Shown here: positions 46,327-59,210 of the stretch, in pieces
Position numbering within the stretch: the first letter of the stretch is position 1
How the letters are laid out: each line of letters opens with the position of its first letter
Assembly: GCF_000143415.4 (NCBI RefSeq)
Contig: NW_003314270.1
Coordinates: 1,044,722-1,108,721 of the forward strand
Direction of reading: 5' to 3'
DNA from: Selaginella moellendorffii
Taxonomy: Eukaryota > Plantae > Lycopodiophyta
Length of the DNA: 64,000 nucleotides
Position numbers and translations under genes: made by a program
The notes under the pieces: model-generated
What the model saw: the letters and a program-made list of their open reading frames with translations, nothing else
What the model was told of the DNA's origin: nothing
The model's database searches: none

Positions 46327-49300
46327 ATGGAGGCTCAGCAGTATGTCTATCAAATCTGTGGAGTCAAGGTCGAGTTTCCATACAGGGCCTATGGATCGCA
46401 GCTCGCCTTTATGGGAAAGGTTATAACCACACTGGAGAGGGCTTTCCGGGATCCAGACGGCCACTGCAATGCGCTCTTGGAATCTCCTACCGGGTCTGGC
46501 AAGTCCTTGTCTTTGCTGTGCGCGGCCTTGGCGTGGCAGCAGCACCGAATGGTAGCAGCAGCTTCGATTGGTCCTGCTACGCAGTTTGGTGGTGGTTTTA
46601 TTCCCGAGGGACCAGCTTCAGGTGCCGAGGATAAGCACCAAGCAAAGAAAAACAAGCCACCTACAATTTTTTTCGCAACGTGAGTAGATTTGACAGCGTT
46701 TTCTTTTCATTGAAATTTTTTTTCTAATGTTTTTCTTTTTTTCTTTTTTTGTTTATCTAGGAGGACACATTCGCAAATCTCTCAGATTGTGCACGAGCTG
46801 AAAAAGACGAACTATCGTGTTCCAATGGCTATATTGGTGAGCTCTAAAACAGAGTAGTATGTATGAGATTTTGCTAATGGCGGTGGACAGGCTGCAAGGA
46901 AACACTATTGCACAAATCAACACGTGTGCAAGAAGGCAAACTTGGACGATGAATGGTGAATTTTCTAGACGTCATCGTAGGACTTTTATTCTAAATCCGG
47001 GTTTTACTTCTTGACAGTAAAGTGCTTCTGAAGGATCCACACAAAGCCTGCCCTCAGTTTAAGTAAGATTAATTCTCCTTCGACTAAAATATCATAACAT
47101 GGCTCTGCTACAGAAATGTGAATAAATTGAAGCATCACCCGGCGCTACGCAAAGGAGGATGCCATGAAACTCATGACATTGAAGATCTGGTGACCTTGGC
47201 TCGTTCAGTTAGAGGTTTTTGTTTGTTGAACGTTTAGAGCTTGTCAACGAGCCTTTGATTTCAGGATGCGCATACTTCACTTCGAGAATAATGGCTGCAG
47301 ATGCCCAGATTGTCTTCTGTCCATACAGTTACATTCTTAGTCCAATATTTCGAAAAGCGATGGACGTTGATATTCGGGGAGCTATTATCATTTTTGACGA
47401 GGCTCAGTATGTCTTTTGTCCTCCTGCTTTATAAACTAATTAATGCTTTTCAGTAACATCGAAGACATGTCACGGGAAGCCGGTAGTGTTGACTTGGATA
47501 CAAGCATTCTAGAAGGTTTGAATATCAATGTCGATATTGTTCTTTCTAATTTGTAGCTTCTTCTGAAGAACTCCGAAATGAACTCGAGGAACTAAGCTCG
47601 TCCGAAGACTCACATGATCTGTACCGTCCTTTGTTTGATATGGTCCAGGTAACATGCGGTTTCTCCTTTTTCATTCGTTTTTAGCTTCTAGTTTCGCTTT
47701 GACATAGGAACTTCTCATTTGGATACGGCAGCAGGATGAGAATCTTCAGAGGAAGGAAGTCGACCACTATTATTCGAAGTATGGAAATTTTGTTCTTAAG
47801 GCTTTCCTTTACTTTTGTTCAGCTGGACAGGTCCGAAGGGACTAGAACAACTCCAAGCTGCTGGGATTTCATCTGAATCGTTTTCTATACAGTTAGACTG
47901 TGCTGTGAAGGTAAAAGAGCATTTTGTGCTTAACAAAGTCTACTTTAACATGAGTCAAGGCTGCGGGAGCTGCATCCGATCCAGATCCAGAAAAGCCTCA
48001 TCTGAGTGGACGTTGTGCAAGTGCAATGGAAGGTATGTACAAACCTACAATCAGTCATGATTTTAGTGAAATGTCCAGGTCTCTTTTGTGCGCTGAAGTT
48101 CATGCTGTCAAAACCGGAATACATTCACGACTATCAGATAGTGGTGCAGAGGGTCTTAAACAAAGTCGAAGGTGATCTTTTTAACTGTTTCTCTTCCCAT
48201 GCAATACAACTATGTCTGTTGTAGGTACTGACGAATGGCTACACAAACTGAGCTTCTGGTGCCTGAATCCAGGGGTTGTTTTTAACGAGATTGCAACAAT
48301 TTGCAAGTCTGTCGTACTTACGTCTGGGTAAAGAAGTCGAAAACCAAGAATTCACATGATTCTTATCCTTTTTCCAGGACTTTGTCCCCAATGGGTTCGT
48401 TTGCTTCGGAACTTGGCACTTCCTTCGAAATGGTTATGGAAGCGCCGCATATCATAGACTTAAACTCACAGGTGCATGTTCCACTATTTTTTATACGTTA
48501 TTAGATGTCTCGTCTTTTACGTGCAGCTGCTTGTGTCTGCTGTTTCCTTCGGTCCAGGAAATGTACCGCTCAATGCAAGCTACCAATATGCAAACACAGT
48601 CGCTTTTCAAGATGCCCTGGGAACTGCGTTGGAGCAAATATGCAATATAGTTCCGGATGGCGCCCTCGTGTTTTTTCCAAGCTATAAGCTTTTACAACGA
48701 GTCTGCAACAGATGGAAAACTACTGGTCAGTGGAAGAGAATTTTGGACATTAAAAGTGTTTTCGTTGGTAAGCCTATGCTCTCATTGGATCTTAAAAAAT
48801 GCCTGTTATTTCAGAGCCGCAAGGAAGCACTGGGAAGTTTGAAGACATTTTGAAGGATTTTTACAAGGTTATCAAGGGAGAAAATGTAGAGCCTTCCAGA
48901 CGGAAAAGAATCCTAACGCCGAAGAACTTCACTTCCGCAGGTGGTCAGACTGGAGCTGCCTTTCTCGCAGTCTGCAGGGGAAAGGTAAGGCTTTCAGTGT
49001 TTGTTTTGTCTAACCTCTAGCGACATCCAGGTATCTGAAGGAATAAACTTCTCGGATGAAAACGCGCGTATTGTTGTATCCTACAAACTCTGTTCTTGCA
49101 TATTGTGACCTTAACCCAAGCTATAGGTGGTCGTTGGTATTCCTTTTCCAAATCTGTAAGTCTCTAATTCTCTCAACTCGTGGATTAAAATTACATACGC
49201 AGAAATGACGTCCAAGTCGCTATGAAAAAGAACTATAACGACAACCAGAAAACTCTTAAAAGTCTTCTAGGTGGTGATCAATGGTACTGTTATCAAGCAT

Positions 49301-50779
49301 TTCGGGCTTTGAACCAGGCAGTCGGTTCGTTATTTATCTGGATTTTGAATTCTCTTTCTAATAGGAATGTCACAGGTCGTTGCATTAGACACCGTGGTGA
49401 CTATGGTGCAATTGTGCTGTTAGGTGAGAAGTTCTATAAATTTTGCAGTCGAACCCATCCGCCCCCTGCAGATGAGCGGTTTAATAAGGCAAATTATACC
49501 GGTTATATGTCCAAGTGGTTAAGAAAGTCTATCATGAGACCGGCAAGTTTTCAGGAAGCTCTAAGGGATTTACAAGCCTTTTTCAGCAAGTTTGAGGTAG
49601 ACTCATCGCTGTACGCTTCATTCAATTCTGTCTATGTTTAGTTTTTACAGAATACTGGCTCTACGAAGAAATGCTCTTCGGTGATCTCATCCATCACGAC
49701 AACACCCTTGCCTGGAGGCGGCGTCAAATCCTGGTTCGTATATCTGCTAACTTCATTACGTGCACTCAGATCCTTTCCAGCTCTCTTTTGGAAGACCAAT
49801 CCACAGATGGTTTTGTTCTTAAGACAAGGTGTAACTGAGCATCATTTTTATGTTACTGTGTTTTAAGCTGTTGTTTTCAGCTCCCTTGTGCGTGAACGAC
49901 AACCTGAACTCGAGGATGTTATCAAGCTGTCCTCATGCTGCGGTCCATGGTTCGATTCAAAGTAATTGACACTTGTACAAGCGCCTTCTTTAACTTTGTA
50001 TTTGCAGTGCTTATCCATCTGCAAATTTATCAACTCCCAGAATCACCAGTCTAAACAACGTGTCTCAGGTCCCGGAAACGGCTAATTTTTCATCACCTGT
50101 ACAAGTGCCAGTTTTGACGGACAACCTTATGACCATGGCAACTCGTTTCGACACTTCAAAAGACGTCAAGAACCTCTGTTGCCGCAAATGTGGCCACCAC
50201 TTAAGTGCCTATGACAACCCGAGAGCAACGTATCAATTGGAAACACTAGAGAAGAAGTATCTAGCATCACTCGCAATGACTGCAACGCCTCTGTTGCGAG
50301 TGATCATCATGGAGGCCCAGCATCTGCACAGCTACCTCAACGATAATCCCGGTGGACAAGCTTTTCGGGAGAGAAATGCGTGTTCTTCTGGGGTATGGAT
50401 CGAAGAGGATGGTTGCGTGTTCAAGCCTATTGTATGTGGCTGGTGCACGGACTTGGACGTCTGTTTGGGCGCTCACATCTTGGCTGCAGATCCTGCAAAT
50501 ATGAAATACGCTGGAAAGGTACGCGAAAATTCATGAAGTCTTCCCTGGTCTTGATACTTATTACTGTATTTCAGGTCGTTTTGTTCTTGGATTCCATTGA
50601 AACTTCTGATTGCAGTCCAAAGCAAGTTGAGCAGACTCAGTTTTCAGTTGACACTCCTGTACTAAAGAGGCCACTCGTAACCTCATTGACTGCAACGGGA
50701 AAGGTAACATTGTGTTCAGATTTTGAAGCACTAAACAGGTAACATTCTTGTGCAGCGAAAGCTTCGGACGACAAGCTGA
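46327..50779 (+). CDS. FANCJ: FANCJ/BRIP1-like Fe-S DNA helicase (XPD family), many short introns
   Basis: [107 protein letters not shown]. Last exon end inferred. Confidence 0.92.
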
Positions 50780-51045
50780 CCAGATCAAGAGATTCCCTCA
50801 TATTAGTTGTCTTATAGATTTTATGCATCAGGAATATGCGCAGCTTTTAGCGTGGACAACGAACTGGAGATGTCAATAAGAACGCAAATATCCTTGTCCA
50901 TAAACAACCAAGCGCCGGTATGATTCACGATTTTCTTGATATTGATAAGCAAATATATGGTTTTCTTGGCAAGTTAAAACGTGTAAACGGTATCCTGAAT
51001 GAGGTAAATCTCTATACAGTTTTTGTTTTTCTATCTCGCTGCCTT

Positions 51046-54000
51046 TTAATCACAGGCATGGACCAGCGAAAAAAATGCGCCGTCCTTTCCTCTAGCGAGC
51101 AGCTCTTTCCGGCTCCCTTGCTCCAAAACTGTCCCATCCCCAACCACGACAATCCTGTCCGCGTTTTTTATCGTTGACAACATGTGAGCCACCACAATGG
51201 TTGTCTTTCCCACCATAGCCCTCTCCAGGGCACGCTGAACCTCGCTCTCCGACTTGGAATCCAACGCACTCGTCGCCTCGTCTAGCAAAAGTATCCTCGG
51301 CCTCTTCAAAATTGCTCGAGCTATGGCTATTCTTTGCTTCTGCCCTCCCGAGAGCTGTGTTCCAATCTCTCCTACCGGTGTAGAGTATCCTTGCGGCAAT
51401 GCACTACAGAATAGAGAGAGTCCACCGTCAACTTTGAGCTAAGGTACGTACGTAGAAAGAAAAAAAATTACCTGATGAATCCATGAGCATTAGCTGTTCG
51501 TGCTGCTTCCATGATCTCGCTCTCACTAGCGTTTTCTTTTCCGTACGCGATGTTCTCACCAATGCTTCGAGCAAACAATGTTGGTTCTTGACTGACAAGC
51601 CCGATTTGCTGCCTCAGGGATGCGAGCTGGAACTTTCTAATATCTCTCCCATCGATCTCGATGCTGCCAAGCTGAGGGTCGTAAAATCTCTCCACCAGGC
51701 TGATGATGGTCGACTTTCCGGATCCACTCCGCCCAGCAATGGCTACTGTTTGAGCAACTTCCACGGTGAGGCTAAAGTTCTTCAGCACGAAAACTTCCGG
51801 CCGTGACGGGTAAGCAAAAGAAACCTTGTCAAACTCTATGTGTCCTGTGATTTCTTGATTTTTCATCGAGCCTTGTTCCAGACTTTTTGAAGTTGGTTTC
51901 TCATCCAATATCTCGAAGACCAAGTCCGCTACCGTCTTTCCTTGGCTGATATCCGGGCTTAGCCAGAGAGTATCGGCCAGCGACCTTCCTGTGCTTATGA
52001 GAAGGTAAAATGTGAGAAGGAAGTCTTTGAAGCTTGTCTTGCCTTGAGCGATCAACCGTCCTCCATACCAAAGACAAAGAGCGTAAGACGAGAAGAGAGC
52101 AAAGAGTGCTATTCCAGAGCTAATCCCTGCTGCTTGTGACAGACGTACCACTCGCTTGGAGAGGCTCTCAAGTCGAGACTCCAATATGGTGACGATTCTC
52201 GAGTGGGAAGAAAATGCTGCCACAGTTTGATGACGGGTGACTCCCTCAAGGATCAGCTCACTAACTTCTTCCTGGACTTTGGCAGCTTTCCTTGCGAAGT
52301 CTTGGAGGTTGGTTACTCGAAAGTAGAAGCAAATGAGGATAACCGGTTGGATGGAAGTGATGACGATGGCAAGTTTCCACGAGACTACAAAGCTAGCCAC
52401 AACACTCACGGAAATAGTTGATGCAGTTTGGACGAAGAGGGAGATCCTATCACTCACGACTGTTCTTACCTGCAAAGAAGAGGTGAGCATCAAAAAGTTT
52501 GGACAAAATTGACTGTAACAAAATTGACTGTAACTGACCATGCTTGCGCTTGACGCCAGGCGAGAAGTTAACGCTCCACTAGAATGCTGCTCTTGATCGA
52601 ACCAACTTATATCAAGCTCGAGGATTTTGGCCATCATCTTCTCTCGGACTCGTTTAGTAAGCGCTGCTCCCATGGATCCAAAGCTGTAGTGCTGGAGGGT
52701 GTTGGAGGCAAAAGTAACGAGTGAGAGTGCTGCGAAGATCATAGCATCGTTTCTCACTCTGTGCCTGGTTTTGGCAGGGCTATCCGAATAAAATGACGAA
52801 ATGACGTCGGCCCCAAGAGCAACAAAGATCGGATGAAGGAAGCCGATACTTACTGCTGCTGCAATTCCGAGTAGGCAGTATTTCCACTCCGGTTGGTTCA
52901 TGAGGAGGAGACGAATGAAGTCATTCCTCTTCTTGCCCGATTGTTCAATCCGATCCTTCCTCGCTAACTTGGTTTGTATGACATCTTCGACTTTCTCTTC
53001 CTGCGTTTTCTTGCGTCTAAATTTTTCTGGCGACCCTTTTCTTGTAGATTGATCGCCTTCCACCTGCTGGAGCTGGAACATCTCTGCATAAGCTCCCTCA
53101 TTTTTCAAATCCTGCTTGCTTCCATACTCCACCACCTTGCCAGCCTCCACCACCGCGACCAAGTCGGCACTTTCGATTGCTCGAAGTTTATGTGCTATCA
53201 CTAGAGCTGTTCGAGCAGTGCAAGCTTCCTGGATTGCCCTTTGGACTGTCCTCTCGGACTCGTTGTCGAGAGCGCTGGTAGCTTCGTCCAGGAGAAGAAT
53301 AGCCGGATTTCTCACCAGAGCTCTTGCTAGAGCTATACGCTGCTTCTGGCCTCCAGAGAGCTGCTCTCCTCGTATGCCAACCTGAGGAAGTAAGTTTTGT
53401 TAGTATCTGCATGTTCTATAAGCTGCGTTTTGACTTTCAGACCTGAGTCTCGTATCCTTCTGGGAAGCCGCAAATAAACGAGTGTGCGTCCGATTTCCTG
53501 GCGGCAGCAATTACTTCCTCCAAGGTTGCGTTCTCTTTTCCTAGAAAAATGTTCTCCTTGATTGTGGACGAGAAGAGAATAGGCTCTTGGCTCACTAATC
53601 CAATTTGCTCGCGATACCACTTCAATTGCAGGTTTTTGATGTTTACTCCATCCAGAAGAACTTTCCCGTTCGAAGGATCATAAAAACGTTCCAGCAAAGA
53701 GATAACCGTGGATTTTCCGCTCCCGCTCTTGCCAACTAAAGCCGTGGTTTTTCCTGCGAGGTGTAATATTGTTTATCTTAGATAATAATACGTGTTTTTG
53801 CTTTGACTCTTACCAGGAGCAATATGCAAACTGAAGTCATCCAAAACTGGGAGTTCCGATCGTGAGGGATACGAGAATATGACGTTTTGGAACTCCAGCT
53901 CTCCTTCAACACGATCGAGAACTCGGCCTTTCGAAGAATCGATATCGATTGTTGGTATTGTCTCAAGAACTTCAAAAATCCTGGAGAGCGCTGCCTGGCC

Positions 54001-55302
54001 ATCTTTGATCTCTCGAAGATTCTGGAGTATACTGCCCAATGCCCTGCCAAAAGCCGCATCCAAAATGTAAGAAACTGTGTTTTTATGGCATAGACACTTA
54101 CATGCTTCCCACGACAAATGCAGATCCTGCGAGGAGTATTTGAGCACCATTTGCTTGACCCTTGGCTACCAAACTTCCTCCGTACCAAGTCATTAAAGCC
54201 CACACGACATATCGTAGGCCATGGAATCCCAGCGTAAGTCCTTTGGCCAGTCCCTGCTTGCGATCGACTTTGATACTCTCTTCCAAGGCCCCGGAGTATA
54301 ACTCCAATGTTTTCCGCTCGGCAACAAAGGAGTAGACCACCCGTATCGAAGAAATTGCCTGCTCGGCGATTTTTCCCGCAGTTGCGTAAGATGCCTGCCT
54401 TTGCTTGGCGTAGCTGGAGAGAGCTCCGCTGTATAGAAAACCCGGAAAGAGCAACACCAGCACAAAAGGCGAGACGATCAAAGCCAGCCTCCAAGCGAGT
54501 ATCAAGGCCGTTATAACGCTTCCAACAAAAAGGGAGATGTTCTCGATGAAGTGGCCAAGCTGCGTAGTAAAAGCTATGAGATCATGCACACTCAAAAAAA
54601 GGTGAGTTTTTTGTTTTTCTTTCTTTTCTGCCAACTTACTTTCTCTCCGACAGCTTCCTGGACGTGAGCAATATCAGCGGAAACGTTTTCTATAACGTTT
54701 GCAGTAGAGATCTTGCAATCAAAGTAGCTGGCGTCCTGGCGTAGCACGCAATTCACATACTTGACTCGAAGCCTGCGCGCTTGCCTGTGGCCAGTATAGA
54801 TCCAGCAGCTTACTTCTGGCAAGGCACGAAACAGCAATCAATTACGAGAGATGGAGATGGACAATGTCAGCTTTAAGTACAGTGCTCGGACCAAACTTTA
54901 TCTTTTAATAGTGGGACGCGATTCGAGCGATATTTTGGTGCACTCAAATCGATCGACAAAGGAGGAAATGATCGAGACGTACCGAGATATGCTCCCAGTA
55001 GAGAGATGGCTGCCAAGTACACGCACCAAATTGCCTACATACCAAAACTTCGAGCATTTAGATCACTTGAGAAACTGGATCGGTCGAAGGAACTTCTTTT
55101 CTACCTGTTTGTTGGCGTTGGAGGTATGGTTTCCATAGTTGTTGTATACGTGACTCTGAATTGTGTACACGGCAGGGAGCGATAAACCATTGATCATCGA
55201 GCCTAGAGTACCGAAAATCATCGTTATGGAATCGTACTTATCACCTTCTTGGAAAAGCCTCTTGTAGGACGCAAACACCGTCATGAACGACTTCGACTTC
55301 AT
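51046..55302 (-). CDS. ABCB: Full-size ABCB (MDR/P-glycoprotein) transporter, ABCB15-like
   Basis: TMD-NBD-TMD-NBD. Walker [10 protein letters not shown] and [19 protein letters not shown] twice, [11 protein letters not shown] twice, [15 protein letters not shown]-like TATATAAA at ~55489-55496 on the minus strand. Start codon inferred. Confidence 0.93.
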
Positions 55303-55338
55303 GAAATCGTCTCCTCAAGGTACTCAGGTGAAAAGAAA

Positions 55339-55344
<6 letters not shown>

Positions 55345-55378
<34 letters not shown>
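55345..55378. repeat. (CT/GA)n microsatellite in the ABCB 5' leader
   Basis: Seen directly. Confidence 0.95.
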
Positions 55379-55382
<4 letters not shown>

Positions 55383-56711
55383 TCGCTCTTTTCTTCTTGG
55401 GAGTCAAGCAAGAAACTGATGATGGGGTTGATGCTATTAGAGTGGAGAAAGGGAAAGAGCGCGCTCTACGGAGTTCTCTGAGAGGGTGTTTATATATTAA
55501 GTAAGACAACAGTGACTCCATGGCGGCTTTGTCTGAAGCATTTGATTGTGGCTTTGCTTGGCAGGCTTCCGTGAATCGAATATCTATGATGTTGTTCTCA
55601 AAGGACGAACTTCTGGGAAAATGCATCCCACTCACAGCGAGCTTTCTTCTTCTTCTCAAAGGCTTCGAGGTGAGCGAAGAAAACAGAAGTTCTACACTCG
55701 AGTTTTCTAGTTTCTTGGCTGCGCAGTGCTTGTAGGACTTTGGTGTCTCCATCGCAACGTTTGAACGATGTGCGTGGAATCAAGCAACAGTTTCTACGTG
55801 AGCGGTTCCGAGGTAAAGAGAACAAGAAAAAGAAGAGAGTTGATCACGTCATGACAGTCAAAAATTCCCCGCTCTTCCATCGTCATCCTCTTTTCCAGAT
55901 AGCAAGCATATAGTGCATTGCTTTATGCGAGCAGCCGCATCAAAAGGACTCATGGCTCACACGATTCTCTCCATTTTCACGCTTTCCATTATGTCTCATT
56001 TTGTTCTTTTTTCACAGCGAACGACCGATCCTGTGCGTCTGCCCGTGCAAACTCGAAGAAATCACCGCAAGTAAAACAGGTGCTACATGTCTCTTTACTG
56101 TTAGAAACTCACACGAACGCTGTTCTTTTCTTTTGGCACAGGCTTGTGATGGGAACTTTTTCCACTTGGTACCAGGTTTTATAAAAATCACTCCACTGGA
56201 GGCCAGATTGGTGGGCTTCGATTCTTCGCTTTGGTGGGTTTTCGCTTTGTTGGTGGTGGTGCTGGTGGTGGCGCTGATGATGACCAGCAAAGCATCCACG
56301 AGCAGTGTTTCGTTTCTCCTTGGAATTTCCAAGAGGCGCTTTCCAGGTTTGCAATCAATTTCTACACAAGTTCTTTGTCAATCGTCAAAGTTGACTTCTA
56401 TTATGCGATTTCTCCAATGGTTTTACATTTGGCACCATATTCCAGATTTGATGTCGAGGCTATCGAGTTCTCTGGGATCCTTTACGCAATCATTGTTCTT
56501 ACACTTAGTAAGTTTTCTAGATTTCATTCATTTGGAGGTCTTTGTTCTTCCAGGATTTTCTATCGATTTCTATTCTTTGGAATTAAGCAATCGTTGCTCG
56601 TCTATTTCCAACATTTTCGAGAGTTTCTTTGTCAAAATAGCGCGCGAATGTTTGAATTCTAAAAGCCCTACTATTTAAGCCATTTTAGGGCTTCTTTAGG
56701 GTTCCTCAGCT

Positions 56712-58357
56712 ATGGCGATACCCGGGCGCCGTGCGCTCAAGCAAGGCGCGCTCTCCTGGATCTCTCGCCGCCGCCTCGTTACTCTAGTTCTTGGAGCTGT
56801 GCTGCTCGCCTACATTCTTGTTTCGCTTCAAGATCGAGGATATCGGGCCGGATCTACGTCGTCTTCGTCGCGGTGGGCGGATTACACGCTTGAGGCCGCC
56901 GCTGCTGCAGTGGCGCGGGACGGCAGGATCGTCGTGTGCGCGGTGAGCTTCCCCTACCTTGCATTCCTCGTGAATTGGCTGATTAGCATCGCGAGCCACG
57001 GGCACCACGACAAGGTGTTGGTGATTGCCGAAGACTATGAGATGCTCAACTACGTGAACGAGTTCTGGCCTGGCCATGCGGTCCTTGTGCCACCGGCATT
57101 GCCACTCGCGACTGCTCAGAGATTTGGATCACAGGTGACATTTTGACATTTTGATTGCTCTTTGGTTCTGGCTTGCATTTTTTGTGGCTCTTTTGGTTTA
57201 CTTGCTAGATTCGTCGAGTGTTTTATTGTTTTGTTTTTTTCAGAGATTTGGATCACAGGTAAAAGAGTTGTTTTGATTGCTCTGGCTTGAGTTTTTGGTG
57301 CTTTGATCTCATATTTGGCTAGCTGCTTTTTGCGTCTTCTTTTTTTTTGCTAGATTCGAGTTTTTTCTTTCCAGTTTTATTTTGTTTCAGAGATTTGGAT
57401 CACAGGTGAAAAAGTTATTCGTTTGCTTGCTCTTTTGTTCTAGTGGTCCTTTGGTCTCTTGTTTGGCTAGGTACATTTTTGTGTCTTCTTCATGTTGCTA
57501 GATCCGTCGAGTTTTTTTTTTTTTTTTTTTTTGATCTTTCGTTATCTTCTTTTGAGCTAACGCGTTCTAATCACAGGGTTTCTTTAATTTCACTTCCCGC
57601 AGGCCACAACATCTGCTCAAACTTTTGGAACTTGGCTACTCTGTTCTTTACAACGACGTGGATATGGTCTGGATGAGCGATCCATTCCCGTTGTTTACTG
57701 GTGACCATGACATATATTTCACAGACGACATGACTGCGGTATCAATCTCCTCTTCTTCCTTAATTCTCTTTTGTCATTCTCAAACTAAGATTTTTTTTTG
57801 CATGGCTTTTTATACTCTGCCAGATCAAGCCTCTTGATCATTCTCACAGCCTTCCGCCTCCAGGAAAGAAAGGCAGAACCTACATCTGTAGCTGTATGAT
57901 CTTCCTGCGGCCCACACCTGGAGCAAAGCTTGTTCTACAAAAATGGATTGAAGAGCTTCAACAGCAGCCCTGGTCTCCCAAGGCAAAGGCAAACGATCAG
58001 CCTGCCTTCAACTGGGCTTTGAACAAAACTTCCAACAAGGTAGCTTTCTTTTCGTGTGTGTGTTCTCACTTATCAATTTTTCTTGCTCTTTTTCTTTGTG
58101 TGTAGGTTGACATGTATCTCCTACCTCAGGCATCCTTCCCTTCCGGCGGACTATACTTCAAGAACGAAACCTGGCGAAGATTACCACAGAACCAGAACAA
58201 GCTCACGATTATTCACAACAATTACATCACTGGCTTTGACAAAAAGATCAAGCGATTTCACGACACCGGCCTCTGGCTCATCGACGACGCTCATGTCAAC
58301 ACCTTGCCCGACTTTAATCTCGTAAAACACTATCTCGACACGCAGCCACAACTATAG
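56712..58357 (+). CDS. RGXT: Rhamnogalacturonan-II alpha-1,3-xylosyltransferase (GT77, RGXT/MGP4 type)
   Basis: N-terminal TM helix. FLVNWLISI, VLVIAEDY, WPGHAVLVPP, FGSQGFFNFTSRRP.HLL..LELGY.VLYNDVDMVW, LPPPGKKGRTYICSCMIFLRPT, NDQPAFN, HNNYITG.DKKIKRF. Confidence 0.93.
57117..57540 (+). repeat. Three ~125-150 bp tandem units spanning the RGXT exon 1 / intron 1 junction
   Basis: CAGAGATTTGGATCACAGGT at 57117, 57241 and 57388, each followed by related T-rich sequence (TTGCTC...TTGCTAGAT). Confidence 0.92.
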
Positions 58358-59210
58358 CAATCGCGTCTCCATCACAAGTTTCCCTCGAGCAGCTGTCCAC
58401 CGGATATCGATCTTCTCCTTTTTATCTCCACTTTATTCTCTCTCTGGTGATATCACCTGAGCTCACACTTAGACATGCGGTGCTGGTTTATTTCCATCGT
58501 CCCGCCTTGTACAACCGCTCTCGTGGCGTTGGTTGTCTTCATCAATAGTTTCCAGCCACTAGTCGCGGACGGAGATAACTGTGACTTAACTCTACTTCAC
58601 AAGTTCATTTGTTCACGAAGGTGGGCTTTTCTTTCTGTTCTCTCGCATCGTCTCTCACGTTTGTGCGCGTGCTTTTTCCAGGCGAGAAGATCGACCGTAG
58701 CTAGATCCCTTGTACTGGTTAGTTTCCTTTTGGCACTCCCTTTTTAGTTGTATATAAGTGTATCGCTGCCGAGAGCTAAATTTACTGGGACGAGTTTGTC
58801 CTTTTTTCTTTGTAGGTGGAAGCGATGAATCCTCCAGAGTCTAAAGCCCCTGGAAACGCCATAGCTTTGGACATGAGCGGCGTCGCCAGCGCTCCCAATC
58901 CCGGCGCTCCAGAGAACTCGTAAGTTTCTTCCTTGCTCTTTAGCTCTTCTCCACCGTCGGATCGCTGCAATCGCTCCGCGCCGTCGATCGCGTCCCGGGC
59001 TGAAAGCCGGTCTGGTGCTCGAATCCCGCGCTGGATATCCCACGAGTGTCTTGCTTGCTTCCGTGGCGTGTCCTGATTGGCTGTCTTAGATCTCCTAAGC
59101 CACTTTGCTAGAGCCCTAATTGGAGCTTCCATTTTGCGAGTGACAAGTTTGGTGGATTCGTGGCGCTTTGTTGTTCCAGGGCGAAGGATTTGAAGAGGAA
59201 GGGGGCGGCT

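Noticed and set aside
55324-55752. N-terminal extension of ABCB
   Set aside because: It spans the TATA-like box and GA microsatellite and ends in a stop before the conserved coding region.
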